Notes under the pieces: generated by a model
The model's database searches: none
Told to the model about the DNA's origin: nothing
The model's input: the letters and a program-made list of their open reading frames with translations, nothing else
From: Eledone cirrhosa
Lineage: Eukaryota
DNA length: 64,000 nucleotides
Direction: 5' to 3'
NCBI GenBank assembly: GCA_964016885.1
Contig: OZ024742.1
Span: 309,628,001 to 309,692,000, forward strand
Part shown: in pieces, positions 43,662-56,900 of the stretch
How positions within the stretch are numbered: the first letter of the stretch is position 1
Layout of the letters: each line of letters begins with the position of its first letter
Position numbers and translations under genes: made by a program

Positions 43662-44304
43662 CTATATACACCATAGTACTTTGAAAACCTATTTAACACT
43701 ATAATAAAAAGCAAATAACTATATTCCACATGCCACCACCATAAATGTAAATTAAGGGCCAGTCCACCTCTTAGTCATTTCACCATCTAGGGTATTTTCA
43801 CATAGTTAAAGTCTATTGTTATCCTGTCCTTTGCGAAATGGATTGGCTCTCATCAATATTCTAAGTTATATTAGGGTGATCGAGTTCTTGGTCTCTGCGT
43901 TGCCGAACAAATCGAAGGATGAGATTGGAGTCTTTTTCTGTTTTAGAACCAAATAAGTAGAGACGTTAATTTTAATATTCATTGAAGTTGTTAGAGATAA
44001 ACCTCATGTAGTTTCTCAAGATATATTGAGTGAAGAAGTAGTTTGATTTTGATTAATGAAAGCTGGTTGTTGGTGAGGTGCATGTGTGTGTGTGTGTGTG
44101 TCTCTCTCTCTCTCCCCTCTCTCTCTCTCTCACACACACATACATACACACACACTCACACACTCACACTCACACACACATACACACAGACAGACAGATT
44201 GACACACACCACACACACACTCACAGACAGACAGACACACGCATGATTTGCTTTAATTTATTGCATCTTCGTTTACTAACCGGAATCAACCGTTCTACCC
44301 ATTA

Positions 44305-44377
<73 letters not shown>

Positions 44378-44842
44378 CAGCGAGATCGGATTTCGGCTGT
44401 GGTCGAAAACAAAGCGAAAAGCAATATCCAAGTTATGCTGGCAAGCGTTCCATGGACCAAATAAAGACCAGAGCAATAAACATAGGTTATAAAGGCCAAA
44501 CAAACTGAGATGGCGATCAAGAAGCCATCAACCACCTAAGCCAAAAAGACGAGGCAAGTCAAACAGGTGAAACAAAATAATTGAATATTTATATATATAT
44601 ATAAAATATATTAATATATATATATACGTATATATATATGTGTATCCCGGGTTCGATCGGGGGTAACCACAGTAAGTAAAGTACTCATCCTTCGAATGAA
44701 ACAGTTCTAGTCCTGTAGAAGCCATTTAAGAGGCTTAGCTCTGTTTCTCGACCGTTATATCGCGTGACTATCTCCCCCTCCGCCTTTTGGGATTCTTTCT
44801 CACGTCGTGTAGACGCGTTCTTGAAGAAAGTAAAATGAGGTA

Positions 44843-44932
44843 TCCTCTTGATAAGTCGGCAGACCTCGCAAAGACTCTATATCTTTATGATGTATTGTTT
44901 TTGTTTATGCCACGAAACTACGTAGTCGAGGA
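44843..44932 (+). ncRNA. Type I hammerhead ribozyme motif, U3-A8 variant, GUC site
   Basis: tcctc-TTGATAA-gt(c)ggca...tgccac-GAAA-ctacgtag-TC-gagga: 5-bp stem I, palindromic stem/loop III. Confidence 0.7.
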
Positions 44933-45162
44933 ATCTAGGAGCAGTTTAGGTATGATACATTTTATTACTAATTATATCTAAATGTTTCTTCTCTCTTCAT
45001 AATGTATTTTTAACTCTGATACTGGTTCAGTCTAATTCAACCGGATTGGTCTGTCCCAGTCATTCATTGAGCAACATCGGTGAGGTTGGCACCATTAACT
45101 CACGGTTGGGTGTGGATGCATTCATGTATATGTGTGTGTCCGCATGTATCTGTGTGTTTCTA

Positions 45163-45207
<45 letters not shown>

Positions 45208-45407
45208 CAGTTGATCGACTTTCGTCCAATCGGACCGAGGAAACAATAATTCCATTGGTCTTCTCAATTGCTAATACTATGTATCGGTTGCAACTGCAGG
45301 TAGAAGGAGCAACGGGAAATAAAGTGTCTTGCTCAAGGACATAACGCATCATCCGGTCCAGGAATCGAACTCACAACCTCACGATTGCGAATCCACGTGC
45401 CTTCACA

Positions 45408-45428
45408 AATATATACATATATACATAT

Positions 45429-45525
<97 letters not shown>

Positions 45526-45621
45526 CATATATATAAATATATATATATATACATATACACACATATATATATGTATATTATATATATATATATAATATAC
45601 TACATATATATATAATATACG

Positions 45622-45656
<35 letters not shown>

Positions 45657-45657
45657 G

Positions 45658-45720
<63 letters not shown>

Positions 45721-45769
45721 TATATATATGTAATAATAATAAATTTGAAGACTAAAATCTGTTATTTTA

Positions 45770-45812
<43 letters not shown>
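45408..45812. repeat. (TA)n-rich microsatellite field
   Basis: Direct reading. Confidence 0.93.
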
Positions 45813-45815
<3 letters not shown>

Positions 45816-46171
45816 AATCTTCGACCTAGTTTACTCAACCAATTCCATGCTCCTCTGGTGACCTTTGAATTTTGAACTTTGAACTTTGAACTTTAATGGA
45901 CACTCACCACGAACTGGCTGTTTTTCAAAACAAACAAATACACACACAAGCGTGCGCGCATACACACACACAATACACACTCCACACACCCCCACACACA
46001 GACAGACAGACAGACACACACACACATGCACAGACACACACACACACGCGCGTGCACACGCATACATATGGTTACGCACGCACACATATACACATTCACT
46101 TACTCACGCGCGCACCCAATACACACACACACACTCTCTCTCTCTCTCACACACACACATATATATATATG

Positions 46172-46245
<74 letters not shown>

Positions 46246-46298
46246 TAAATATATATATATATGAGTGTGTGTGTATGTGTGCATATAAATAAAATATC

Positions 46299-46398
46299 TA
46301 GGATGTCCGCCAAAATGTATACACACTTTGATTACCTGTACAGGCAATATTTATTAAAATGCACATCCTTTGTATATACATTTTTTGGGGACAACCTG
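46299..46398. mobile_element. Small Tc1-like MITE
   Basis: aggatgtccgccaaaatgtatacaca / (rc) aggttgtccccaaaaaatgtatataca. Confidence 0.5.
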
Positions 46399-46449
46399 TC
46401 TGTGTATGTGTCAGTATATATATGTGTGTATGTGTGTGTGTGAAGAGAG

Positions 46450-46750
46450 GAGGCAAATTGACAAAATTGTCAAAATGTCAGATTAAATACTTTACTGGTT
46501 CTTTGCGTTTTCTGATTTCAAATGCTGCCGGGGTCAAATTTACCTTTCATCCTTGTTCGATAAAACAGCACCAGTGCAGTACTGCAATCGATTTATCCTC
46601 TATATCACTTTCTCACTTCTCCCTCTTTCTTCCTCTTTCCTTCACTGTCTCTCCCTCTCTCTTTCTCTTTCTTTCTCTCATTCTCAGGAAGAAATTGGGT
46701 GTGTACCGAGCTGGTGAGGGGATGGTCTCTCCCAGTTTTAAAATGCCCAA
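46450..46750 (+). mobile_element. Older SINE family B, diverged
   Basis: Core, CT spacer and ctggtgaggggatggtctctcccagttttaaaatgccc tail. Confidence 0.6.
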
Positions 46751-46815
46751 AATATAATTCCATCAGGAGTTATGGCTCCATACATACAGGTACCCCACCC
46801 CATATACATCTCATG

Positions 46816-47022
46816 TATTTTATCTGATGAGGGCATGCTCTGATTTATGTTACACATAAAAAATGTTGCATCCCCGAAACATATATAATTGTTTCTACTT
46901 TTGGCATAAGGCCAGCAATTACCCAGTACATTACTGGTACTTTTATTTTATCGACCCCGTAAGGATGAAAGGCAAAGTTAACCTCGGCGGGATTTGAACC
47001 CCGAAACATATATAATGAAATA
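46816..47022 (+). ncRNA. Hammerhead ribozyme motif interrupted by a SINE
   Basis: tattttat-CTGATGA-gggcatgc...gcatcccc-GAAA-catata-TA-atgaaata once the SINE and one TSD are removed. Confidence 0.6.
46890..46998 (-). mobile_element. 5'-truncated young SINE with 18-bp TSD
   Basis: ccccgaaacatatataat at 46872-46889 and 46999-47016. Confidence 0.92.
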
Positions 47023-47332
47023 AATAGTGATGATATAAAGTATATATCTTTCGTTTATTACTATTATTATCATAATACTCCAGATAAATATTTGCTGTTG
47101 AGTGCTTCGTATCTGTTATACACATAAGTCAGTTGATTACATATCAACTAATTCTTTAACTCATTGTTTACACCTTTCGTAACTGTACTCCTTGTTGTTG
47201 TTATTTACTTTTCCAATATCTATATATTTCCACAATGCTTCAAGCAAACTTCAATACTCTCATATATATATAGACTGAATAAAAAAATGGCGTAGACATA
47301 CAACACAACAGGAGGAACAAAGAATATAACAC

Positions 47333-47370
47333 CACTGACGATGTTGCAGATGTGCAACGAAAGATTTATG
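47333..47370 (+). ncRNA. Minimal hammerhead ribozyme motif with eroded stem I
   Basis: ca-CTGACGA-t-gttgca-gatg-tgcaac-GAAA-gatt-TA-tg. Confidence 0.6.
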
Positions 47371-47579
47371 TAAATTATGATAAACTATATATATATGTGT
47401 TTGTGTCTATATTGTATCTGTATTATTTTTGACCGTCGGTCAGTCAATGGCAACATTGAGGACCGAGTAAGTTAGATTGCAGATATAAAAGACAGCGAGA
47501 AGCGAAAACCAACCAAACAGTGAGTGTGTTCTGTTATTAATTCTGGCAATATTACGCAAATATGACCCTCCCCAAGTAT

Positions 47580-47625
<46 letters not shown>

Positions 47626-47861
47626 AAGCCTTCGTGAGCCACCTTTTTTTTAAGTAAAGAAATTCAAACACACACTCACACAACACACACACACACACAC
47701 GCGCGCGCACACACACAAGCACACAAATAAACATACATATCTTTACTTTCTTTATTCAATAGAAAATCTGAATTCTGACACCCCAGCGAACTAACCATAT
47801 TCACTGAACCAGAACAATTCTCCCATCCCCTTCTCTTGACCATTATCTTTCACTTATCATA

Positions 47862-48045
47862 GGCGGTGGATTGGCAGTATCGGTAGAGGGTCGGACACCA
47901 TGCTTTCCAGCATAGTTACGTCCCTTTACGATCTGAGTTCAAATCCCGCCGAGGTTGACTTTGCCTTTCATCCTTACGGGGTCGATAAAATAAAGTACCA
48001 GTAATGCACTGGGTGATTGCTGGCCTTGTGCCTAAAGTAGAAACA
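47862..48045 (+). mobile_element. Full-length young SINE with perfect 20-bp TSD
   Basis: attatctttcacttatcata at 47842-47861 and 48046-48065; defines the 5' end ggcggtggattggcagt. Confidence 0.93.
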
Positions 48046-48434
48046 ATTATCTTTCACTTATCATAAAATTCTCTAAAAAGGCTACAGAATGGATTTCCAA
48101 ATAAGGACACGAAAATTTAATGAAAACTTGTTCACGTGACAGCCATAATTTCATTTATAACCAACCAAAAAAAAGCCTTCGTGAGCCCCTTTTTTCAAGT
48201 AAAAAGAAATTCAAACACTCATATAGGAAAAAACAACCTGTGACAACCCCCCCCCTCTTATTTGAAGAACTATTGTAACGCGAACTGGCGCGAAATTTAT
48301 TATAATTATTGACAAACCAATCAAATTACTTCTCGAAAAATCTGGCATTTCGAGCCACTTTTTCCATATAAAACAAGTAACATTCAGAGACCAACCAGAT
48401 GTGAGAAAAACCACAGACCCTCCATCTCAACTCA

Positions 48435-48472
48435 CCTTTTGAAAAGCAGAAGAACTGCGAAACCGGTAAAGG
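48435..48472 (+). ncRNA. Minimal type I hammerhead ribozyme motif, U3-A8 variant
   Basis: cctt-TTGAAAA-gcag-aagaa-ctgc-GAAA-ccgg-TA-aagg, followed by aataaa. Confidence 0.68.
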
Positions 48473-48604
48473 AACCAAATAAATATATATATTTATAAAA
48501 AAAAATAAAACTGCAGTTGCATTTTCGATTTCATCTCTTTTTCTTTATACTTTCACTCGTGTAGGACACCTCGGTTATTTTTCATTTTGTAAAAAAACCC
48601 TCAC

Positions 48605-48657
<53 letters not shown>

Positions 48658-48758
48658 GAAATTATATTTATACATATTAGGAAAATAAGAAAAAAAGTAG
48701 AACATGCTAATAGGATTTTCTCATAGAATAACAGCAAAACATTTTTTAAAAAGTAATT

Positions 48759-48806
48759 TATAGTACCGGTTTCAGCTGGTAGATATTCCGGCTTCTTCAT
48801 ACTATA
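48759..48806 (-). ncRNA. Decayed hammerhead motif
   Basis: Minus strand tatag-t-ATGAAGA-agccgg...ccagct-GAAA-ccgg-TA-ctata; C3 is altered. Confidence 0.45.
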
Positions 48807-49154
48807 TGATAAAAAGTATATAATAAAATTAAGGTGTATATTAATTATAAGAGACCAATGAGATCATAGTTTACATATATATAAAAATTCACATTTTCGT
48901 TTATTTCTCCCCCCACCCCCCTCTCTCTCTTCGTTGGTGGTTTGGCAGTAGTAACAGCTAAAATAGAAGTTGGCTTGTCCCCGGTGGGCGTAATTAACTT
49001 ACTCATAGCAAAGAAATGTAATAATGGCGTGTTTGAATTCAATGTAACTTATATAGACCGTCATGGAATAATTTTGGAATAAAGCTTAATATTACCGTAG
49101 TTATTTTTTTTTTCATAATTCAGTAAGCTAATAAGCTAATTTAATTATGGCCAT

Positions 49155-49209
<55 letters not shown>

Positions 49210-49249
49210 GAGTCATAATTAAATCGGCTTCGTAGACTAATATGTGTCA

Positions 49250-49890
49250 CAAGAGCAAAGCTACAATACTGTAAGTTGATTTCGAAAAATGTTTTTGACT
49301 CCATTCACTGAGGAAATTGATGACGATATTAAAATCTTCAGATGTTCAATCAAGATTTTTGAGCGCTATTATCAAAATGTACGGGAACACGAAAGCAAGA
49401 GTACCTAGCCCAGATGGCAAAAACTGACTACTTTGGGATCACAGCAGGGTTACTTCAAGGAGACACATTAGCCCCGTATCTCTTCATCATAGTACTAGAA
49501 TATGCCATGCCACAGCTGGGTTGCTTCGATGAGACACACTAGTCCCGTATCTCTTCGCCACAATACTAGAATATGTGATGCGTTAGACACACTATACCCA
49601 TAGCTCTTCGCTATAGTACTAGACTATGTCACGTGATAGACCTTCAAAAACAGACAACAAAAAAATGAGATTTCGGCTTCATCGAAAAGAAGCAGGAGAA
49701 TGAAGGCCATTGCTTAGAGTGATCTCAAATTTGCTGGTAATCTGGCAATACATACAGAAGAATGTAGCGAAACAGGTAGGTCTACAATGCAACGCCAAAA
49801 ATGATTGAAAGTCAAGTTTTTAATCAACAAATGCCAGTATCAAGGCAAAGAACAGGGGAGTTTTAAAGAGGGTTAATACCCTAAGGATAG
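49250..49890 (+). pseudogene. Decayed RTE-type reverse transcriptase fragment
   Basis: AIIKMYGNTKARVPSPDG, GITAGLLQGDTLAPYLFIIVLEYAM and SDLKFAGNLAI; frameshifted. Confidence 0.7.
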
Positions 49891-50201
49891 AAAAAGAGCT
49901 CAGAAATGGACATATATATATATATATATATTTTTTCAATGTGGTCTACCCTTGGTGTTAGGATCCGTACCATAGATAGAACTCAATTTAATCTGATGGC
50001 GAGTAATCCAGTGAAATCCATAGAAAGGTTCTGTGTTCCGTCGAGTTAATTCCTTAGATACAGAGTCAGATATAAGATATCAATTTTACAATGAAAATAA
50101 TAACAACAAAGTCGAGTTATTTTACCTATTCATATCATTGTTTTACGATCGTTTCGGAGGGTTGATCATATTGACATATTGTCTGATCTATAGCAGTTAT
50201 A

Positions 50202-50285
50202 TAACTGTATATTATTAGATTCATATATAGGTTCGATCAGACCGTCTGATCAAACCTATGTATGAGGTCTAATAGTATACAGTTA
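50202..50285. repeat. ~41-bp-arm imperfect palindrome
   Basis: taactgtatattattagattcatatataggttcgatcagac-c-gtctgatcaaacctatgtatgaggtctaatagtatacagtta. Confidence 0.9.
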
Positions 50286-51096
50286 AATTAATCATTGCTA
50301 AATTAATACCTAATACACACACACACGCCCCCCCCCCCACATATATATATATATATATAAATAAATATAGTGAAAGAGTGAAGAATAACATGGTCGGCTG
50401 CAAACTCGCTACCTAACTAAGGAAATCTCTTGTTGAGTCAACGCCGTACCTTAAAACTATCCATAATACAAAGCACTCACAACCGCTAACTGGATAACCT
50501 AAAACGATAACTTGTTATCCCATATAAATAAATATATTTATATACATTTTGTATAATTTGGTCTACCTTGAAGACGCCTTACAAAATTCACACGTCTCTC
50601 TGTCATATATATATATAGTCCGAATTATTAAAATTCGAACCCAACTGATTAGAGTGAATACTAATAGTAGTTGCTTGCCGGGTGATTATATTTTTATGTG
50701 TTATTGAGGGTGGCGGGTTGGGGGAAGCGCCTATGTATTTTGCAAGATCCTCTTTAGCTGGTGAATGAGGGACAGGTGATAATTGCAGGTGAGTGTCTGA
50801 TAGAAAACATGTGTGTAGGGAATCAATATTCTAAGTGAACTTTACACTCTGTCTACAACAGTTACTACATCGTCATGCATGTATTGTAATCATTACATAG
50901 TGTCAGTGATCGGGAGGAAGAGGTGCCTGACATAATATATATTTCTTATTTCATATACCAGTGAAGTTAACAACAAAACGAATACATACATATATACATA
51001 CAGACATGCGTAACAAACATACATACATACATACGTACGTACATGCATACATACATGCATATATACATACATACATCTATACATACATGTATGCAT

Positions 51097-51152
<56 letters not shown>

Positions 51153-51369
51153 TAAGTTATTCCGGGTTGAATCGGAGGTAACCACAGTAAGTAAGGTACT
51201 CAATATATAGCAGAGTATAAAAGTTTTAATATAGATGAGATTCTACAGGACTAAATAAATTAACGGAGTCATAAACTCGCGTTGGTCCCTGTAATTTATG
51301 AGCTCAAAGGAAGGAGAGAGAGTCCTGGGCTCTTCAAATATAATATATAGAAAAGATAATACACGAGAG

Positions 51370-51978
<609 letters not shown>

Positions 51979-52174
51979 ACCCACTCTACTACGCTAACTA
52001 TTGAGTACTCTGGTGCGTTATGGACCATCTGGTAACTTACCACACTTCCTTCATTATATATATATATACAGGTTTGAATTTAGACGGGGGGGGGGGGGGG
52101 GCTCATACACGAACATATTAAATGCATAGCAAACCCCTCTATTTTACACATCAAAGTTAGCTTGGCGCAAATAA

Positions 52175-53962
52175 CACCGTGTAACATATTTTTTGTTCCC
52201 CGGTTCTAAGTGTCATTTCATGGTTTGTTATATCCATTATTATATTATATAATATTGTTATATCCATTATTATATTATATCCATTATTATAAAAAAACAC
52301 TATTATTTAATCAGAAGTTTGGGTTTGTGGTCAGGAGTTTGCTATTTCGAAATGTTCATATTTTTCAAGAAAAAACACATTTTTTTAAAATTTATCAGTT
52401 CATATAATTAAATCAACAGAGTATATATTTATTTTATTACACAAGCTTATCAAAAGCAAACAAGTAAAAACAAATAACACTTATAAAGCAACTTATACAC
52501 GTCAGAAATGAGTGGATTTCATGGATTTGCGGTTGTAGTCCAGGTAGCATTCCCGCACTAGCCCCTAGATATAGTCCCCCATCATTTTTTCATTGTAGTG
52601 GCCCTGGTACCTCCGCTCTATCTCTTTCACATCTTGGTGGAATCGTTCGCCTTGTTCTTCCGAGTAGGCACCCATATTGTCCTTGAATTTTTTCCAGGTG
52701 AGCATCCAGCATATGGAGTTTAAGCGACATCCTGCATCCCATGGCGCCAAAAGCCTTTATCAGATCCTGCACCAGTTGCTGGTAGTTTTCAGCTCTGTAG
52801 TTGCCCAGGAAGCCCTTAACAACTGCCTTGAAACAGTTCCATGTTGTTCTCTCAATCCTATTGAGCTTATTGGAGAACTCGGTAGACTCAAACACCTTCT
52901 TTATCTGAGGTCCAACAAAAATTCCACCTTTGATTTTGGCCTCAGATAATTTGGGGAAGAACTCAAGAAGGTACTTAAAAGCGGCTGATTCTTGGTTGAG
53001 AGCCTTCACAAACTGCTTCATCAACCTCAACTTAATGTGCAGTGGCGGCATGAGCACAATCCTGGGATCAACCAGTGGCTCCCACATGACGTTCCGGGTC
53101 AAACAACAAATTTTGTTCGCTGCTCCCAGTTCTTTCTTTTGTAGTGGTCAGAGGTGGCTCTGCTGTCCCAAAGGCAGAGGAAGCATTGGAATTTGATAAA
53201 GCCTCCTTGGAGTCCAAGCAGGAAAGCCACCATCTTGAAGTCTCCAATGATTTCCCAATTGTACTGGTTGTATTGCAGAGCTTCCAAGAGGACTTTCACA
53301 CTGTAGTAATCTTCCTTCAGGCAGACTGAATGAGTTAGGGGAAGTGTCGGGAACTTGTTTCCATTGTGGAGGAGGACAGCCTTCAAACTTGTAGTGGAGC
53401 TGTCTATAAATAGCCGGCACTCCTTGGGCACAAACGGCACCCCAATAACGTCAAACAGTCCAGGCACGTCATGGCAGAAGCAGAGGCCATCCCTAAGGGT
53501 GTAAAAGCCTGAGAAAGGTTCGTGTCGTTTTCTCTGACTTGTCACCTGCACTTCCTCCGTGACCAAGTTCCACTGCTTCATCCTGGAGACGAATGCTTAA
53601 AACACAACTTACCCTTTATTCAGGGTGCGAAAATCCAGTATCAATAAATCTCTTTAATCCACTTTTTAACAATTTTATACTTTATTGAACTTTTATAATT
53701 TTCTTTAGGTATTACTCTTTATTTTATAATTTTAATTTAACCTGAAACATATATAAAAAAATCATTTAACATAAGCAAATTAAACTTACATACAACGTAA
53801 AATCCAGCATACAAATAATTCTAGTGAATAGCTTAGAATTTTTACAAACCCAAACTTTTAACTGTTTAATAGCACTTCTTAAAAAATTTATTTGGGACAT
53901 AAGCAACACAAAAAAAGTGATTATAAGCCAGGAACAGAGAACAATTTTTTTGTTACACGGTG
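52175..53962 (-). mobile_element. Chapaev3-like (CMC) DNA transposon, internally deleted, transposase pseudogene 52565-53581
   Basis: TIRs caccgtgtaaca at both ends; motifs LFIDSS..SLKAVLLH, GDFKMVAFLLGLQGG..K..CFLCLWDSRA, PPLHIKL.LMKQFVKAL and EEQGERFHQD over three frames. The family name is recalled, not searched. Confidence 0.75.
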
Positions 53963-54085
53963 AATTGGAATTAAAACGTTATACATACAGGTGTTAAATT
54001 CAAACCTTCCTAAAGCTAAAAACGCCAGCTGCGATAAACAATTAAACAATTATGGTGAAATAATCCCGTCTTAACTACCATTATT

Positions 54086-54345
54086 TGGTTCAAATTCCGT
54101 CGAGGTTAACTTTGCCTTTCATCCTTACGGGGTCGATAAAATAAAGTACCAGTAATGTACTGGGTATTTGCTGGCTTTGTGCCAAAAGTAGAAACAATTA
54201 TTTGATATATATATATCAAGGGCGGTGGATTAGTAGTATCGGTAGAGTCGGACACCATGCTTTGCAGCATAGAGTTACGGTTAACTTTGCCTTTCATCCT
54301 TACGGGGTCGATAAAATAAAGTACCAGTAGCGTACTGCTGGCTTT
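54086..54345 (+). mobile_element. Two partial young SINEs
   Basis: First is 5'-truncated at the B-box; second has an internal deletion of the B-box. Confidence 0.82.
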
Positions 54346-54380
54346 CAATGTCCTAGGGACCGCATTAGGCGATTTAGCGA

Positions 54381-54484
54381 TCTCTCTCTATAATTTTTAG
54401 TCTTTCTTTTTAGATAGATACATAGATATAACATTGCGCCCTTATAATATCTGTCTGTATATCTGTATTACGACATTATGACGC

Positions 54485-54530
<46 letters not shown>

Positions 54531-54808
54531 TATATATAGTGTGTGTGTATATATATATATATAGTGTGTAACGTTTTCGAAATATTTACTTCTGCGTTCA
54601 CGGAATGATTTTTTTTAGTTTCAGAAGATCCCGTTACGGGTGAAAGCAGCGATTCTTTGCTTAAACTTTAATCTGTTATTTTAATATATATATATATATA
54701 TATATATAATTATATATTCGTGTACAGATATTTTTGCATACACAATAACAAAATATAAACAAACGTATTTATTTCACGTGGCTCGAGCAACGCCGGGCCA
54801 TTCTACTA

Positions 54809-54809
<1 letters not shown>
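54381..54809 (+). mobile_element. Non-autonomous Helitron (3' end clear, 5' end tentative)
   Basis: Hairpin ggctcgagc-aac-gccgggcc, then attctaCTAG|t. Confidence 0.6.
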
Positions 54810-54870
<61 letters not shown>

Positions 54871-55596
54871 CTGCCACTTCTTTACAGAAGACGGCCACCT
54901 CTTCAACGAACTCCCTGCTATTATGAACCACCGCCAACTGCAGGCTGGTTAGTTTAATGACAGAATATGCTTAGTTTAGATCACCTTTTCTAGACCCTTT
55001 CCATGTCGTATGTGTAAGCAATGCATCCCCAAAACGGGCTACTCAGACGCTCAAGACTCCACCGAAGCATGTTGCTGTTTAATTTAACAGTACAGTGACT
55101 TTAGGATATTACTTGAGCCGCCCATGTGTAGATTTGCGATTATGATCTTCTGCACACGTTGTCACACCTACACCGCTGTCGGACATGTAAAGAAATATCT
55201 ACACATAAAGATGGTAATGTTACGTGCTTGTGCTACACATAGCACCCAGTCCATCCCTGCAGCTATGTGTCCAGTGACAAGCCAAGGCAAGATACCAGGA
55301 CAGTTACGAGAATCACATGTGTTATCGTCATGGAGTTTAAACCTCTCCAGGGGGTGTAGCTATACTCCCCATGCATGGCTAATTACAGGTTGGTGAGTGA
55401 GGCTATTTACCCATAGTTGGGGTGGGTGGAGTACATCCGACATTTGACAGCTCTAGTATTTGTGCTGTTGGGTTTCCACTTACCCACTTCGCCAGATCAG
55501 TGTCTGATGGGGAAGCCGTTTGAGTTAATGACTACCCAACCGTGAAACAGGTTTTACTGGACTACATGGTACCAGTAGCAGGCCGAAACCTGCATC

Positions 55597-55653
<57 letters not shown>

Positions 55654-55958
55654 TGCATACGCACAAGAATTAAGTGCTTCGATTCCCCGCAGACGTCTCG
55701 ATCAGCCTTTTCTTTCACCAGGGGTAGTTTGTTTGATTTATTCAACTATTATTTATAGTTATTGCCTTTGTCCTTACTGCGTGGGAGTAATATGAAATGT
55801 TGACCTGTAAACTCTGATAACTTCATTAAGAGATGAATCACATACCATAATTTCCTCTAATCCTGTTATTGACTTGAGTTTATCTTACATCTAAGTATCT
55901 GTAATGTCACTCCTGAATTTGTTACTCCTGATGACGGTATTGTTACTAGTCAACCTCG

Positions 55959-56146
55959 TGGATTGGCAGTATCGCTAGAGGCTTGGACGCCATGTTTTCC
56001 AGCATAGTTACGTCCCTTTGCGATCTGAGTTCAAATCTCGCCGAGATTAACTTTGCCTTTCATCCTTACATGGTCGATAAAATAAAGTACCAGTAATGCA
56101 CTGGGATAATTGCTGGCCTTGTGCCAAAAGTAGAAACAGTTATTGT
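55959..56146 (+). mobile_element. Young SINE with ~22-bp TSD
   Basis: tattgttactagtc(a/g)acc(t/c)cgt on both sides. Confidence 0.9.
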
Positions 56147-56570
56147 TATTGTTACTAGTCGACCCCGTTTACCACAATTTTATTAAGGAGCTCAATATAT
56201 TAACCCCTGAGGATAGAGCACAGAGTATTATTTTTTTAAATCATATATATATATATATACAGTGGCGGTGTAACTGGGGATGGGGGTGAGCATACCGCCC
56301 TCCAATAATTATATTTTCTCCCCAAACTACCACAACACACATCTATTAGGATATACGCTACAATTTATGTAGATGTTATGTTTATCGCATATCGAAGTTT
56401 TCTGACCATTTTAGAGTGCAAAGAGCTAAACTAATCACTACAACTAAATTGTCAAAATTTGGCACCCCCAATTCAGAAATGCTTCCACCACTCCTGTCAC
56501 ACCCGGGGTCACAACGTCTGACATAAGTCAAATGCTGTCCAGTCGATCAAGAGACGAGAGACAACTTTAA

Positions 56571-56791
56571 CCCTTTAGCATTTACATTACTCTATATTTA
56601 CTAATGTATTTTCACAGTAAAGGCTTTACCTCACATAATTATTTCACATAATATTGAATCTATGAAATTTTCATATTATTTATTTTGAGAACAATATCTT
56701 AGCATCAGTATAAGCGAGCGCTTACAGCCAGTTTAAACAACAAGAGGTGAGAGAATTCTGGCCAGATACGACCGGTTTAAATGATAAAGGG
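56571..56791. mobile_element. piggyBac-like MITE
   Basis: TTAA TSDs; TIRs ccctttagcattta / taaatgataaaggg. Confidence 0.8.
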
Positions 56792-56814
56792 TTAATTAAT
56801 AGTAATTAAGCTAC

Positions 56815-56900
<86 letters not shown>

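Noticed and set aside
45205-45232. Minus-strand gtcc-gatt-ggac-GAAA hammerhead half
   Set aside because: No CUGANGA-type segment or stem I upstream.
47862-47952. tRNA gene at SINE heads
   Set aside because: A/B boxes are present but there is no cloverleaf, and it is always fused to the SINE body.
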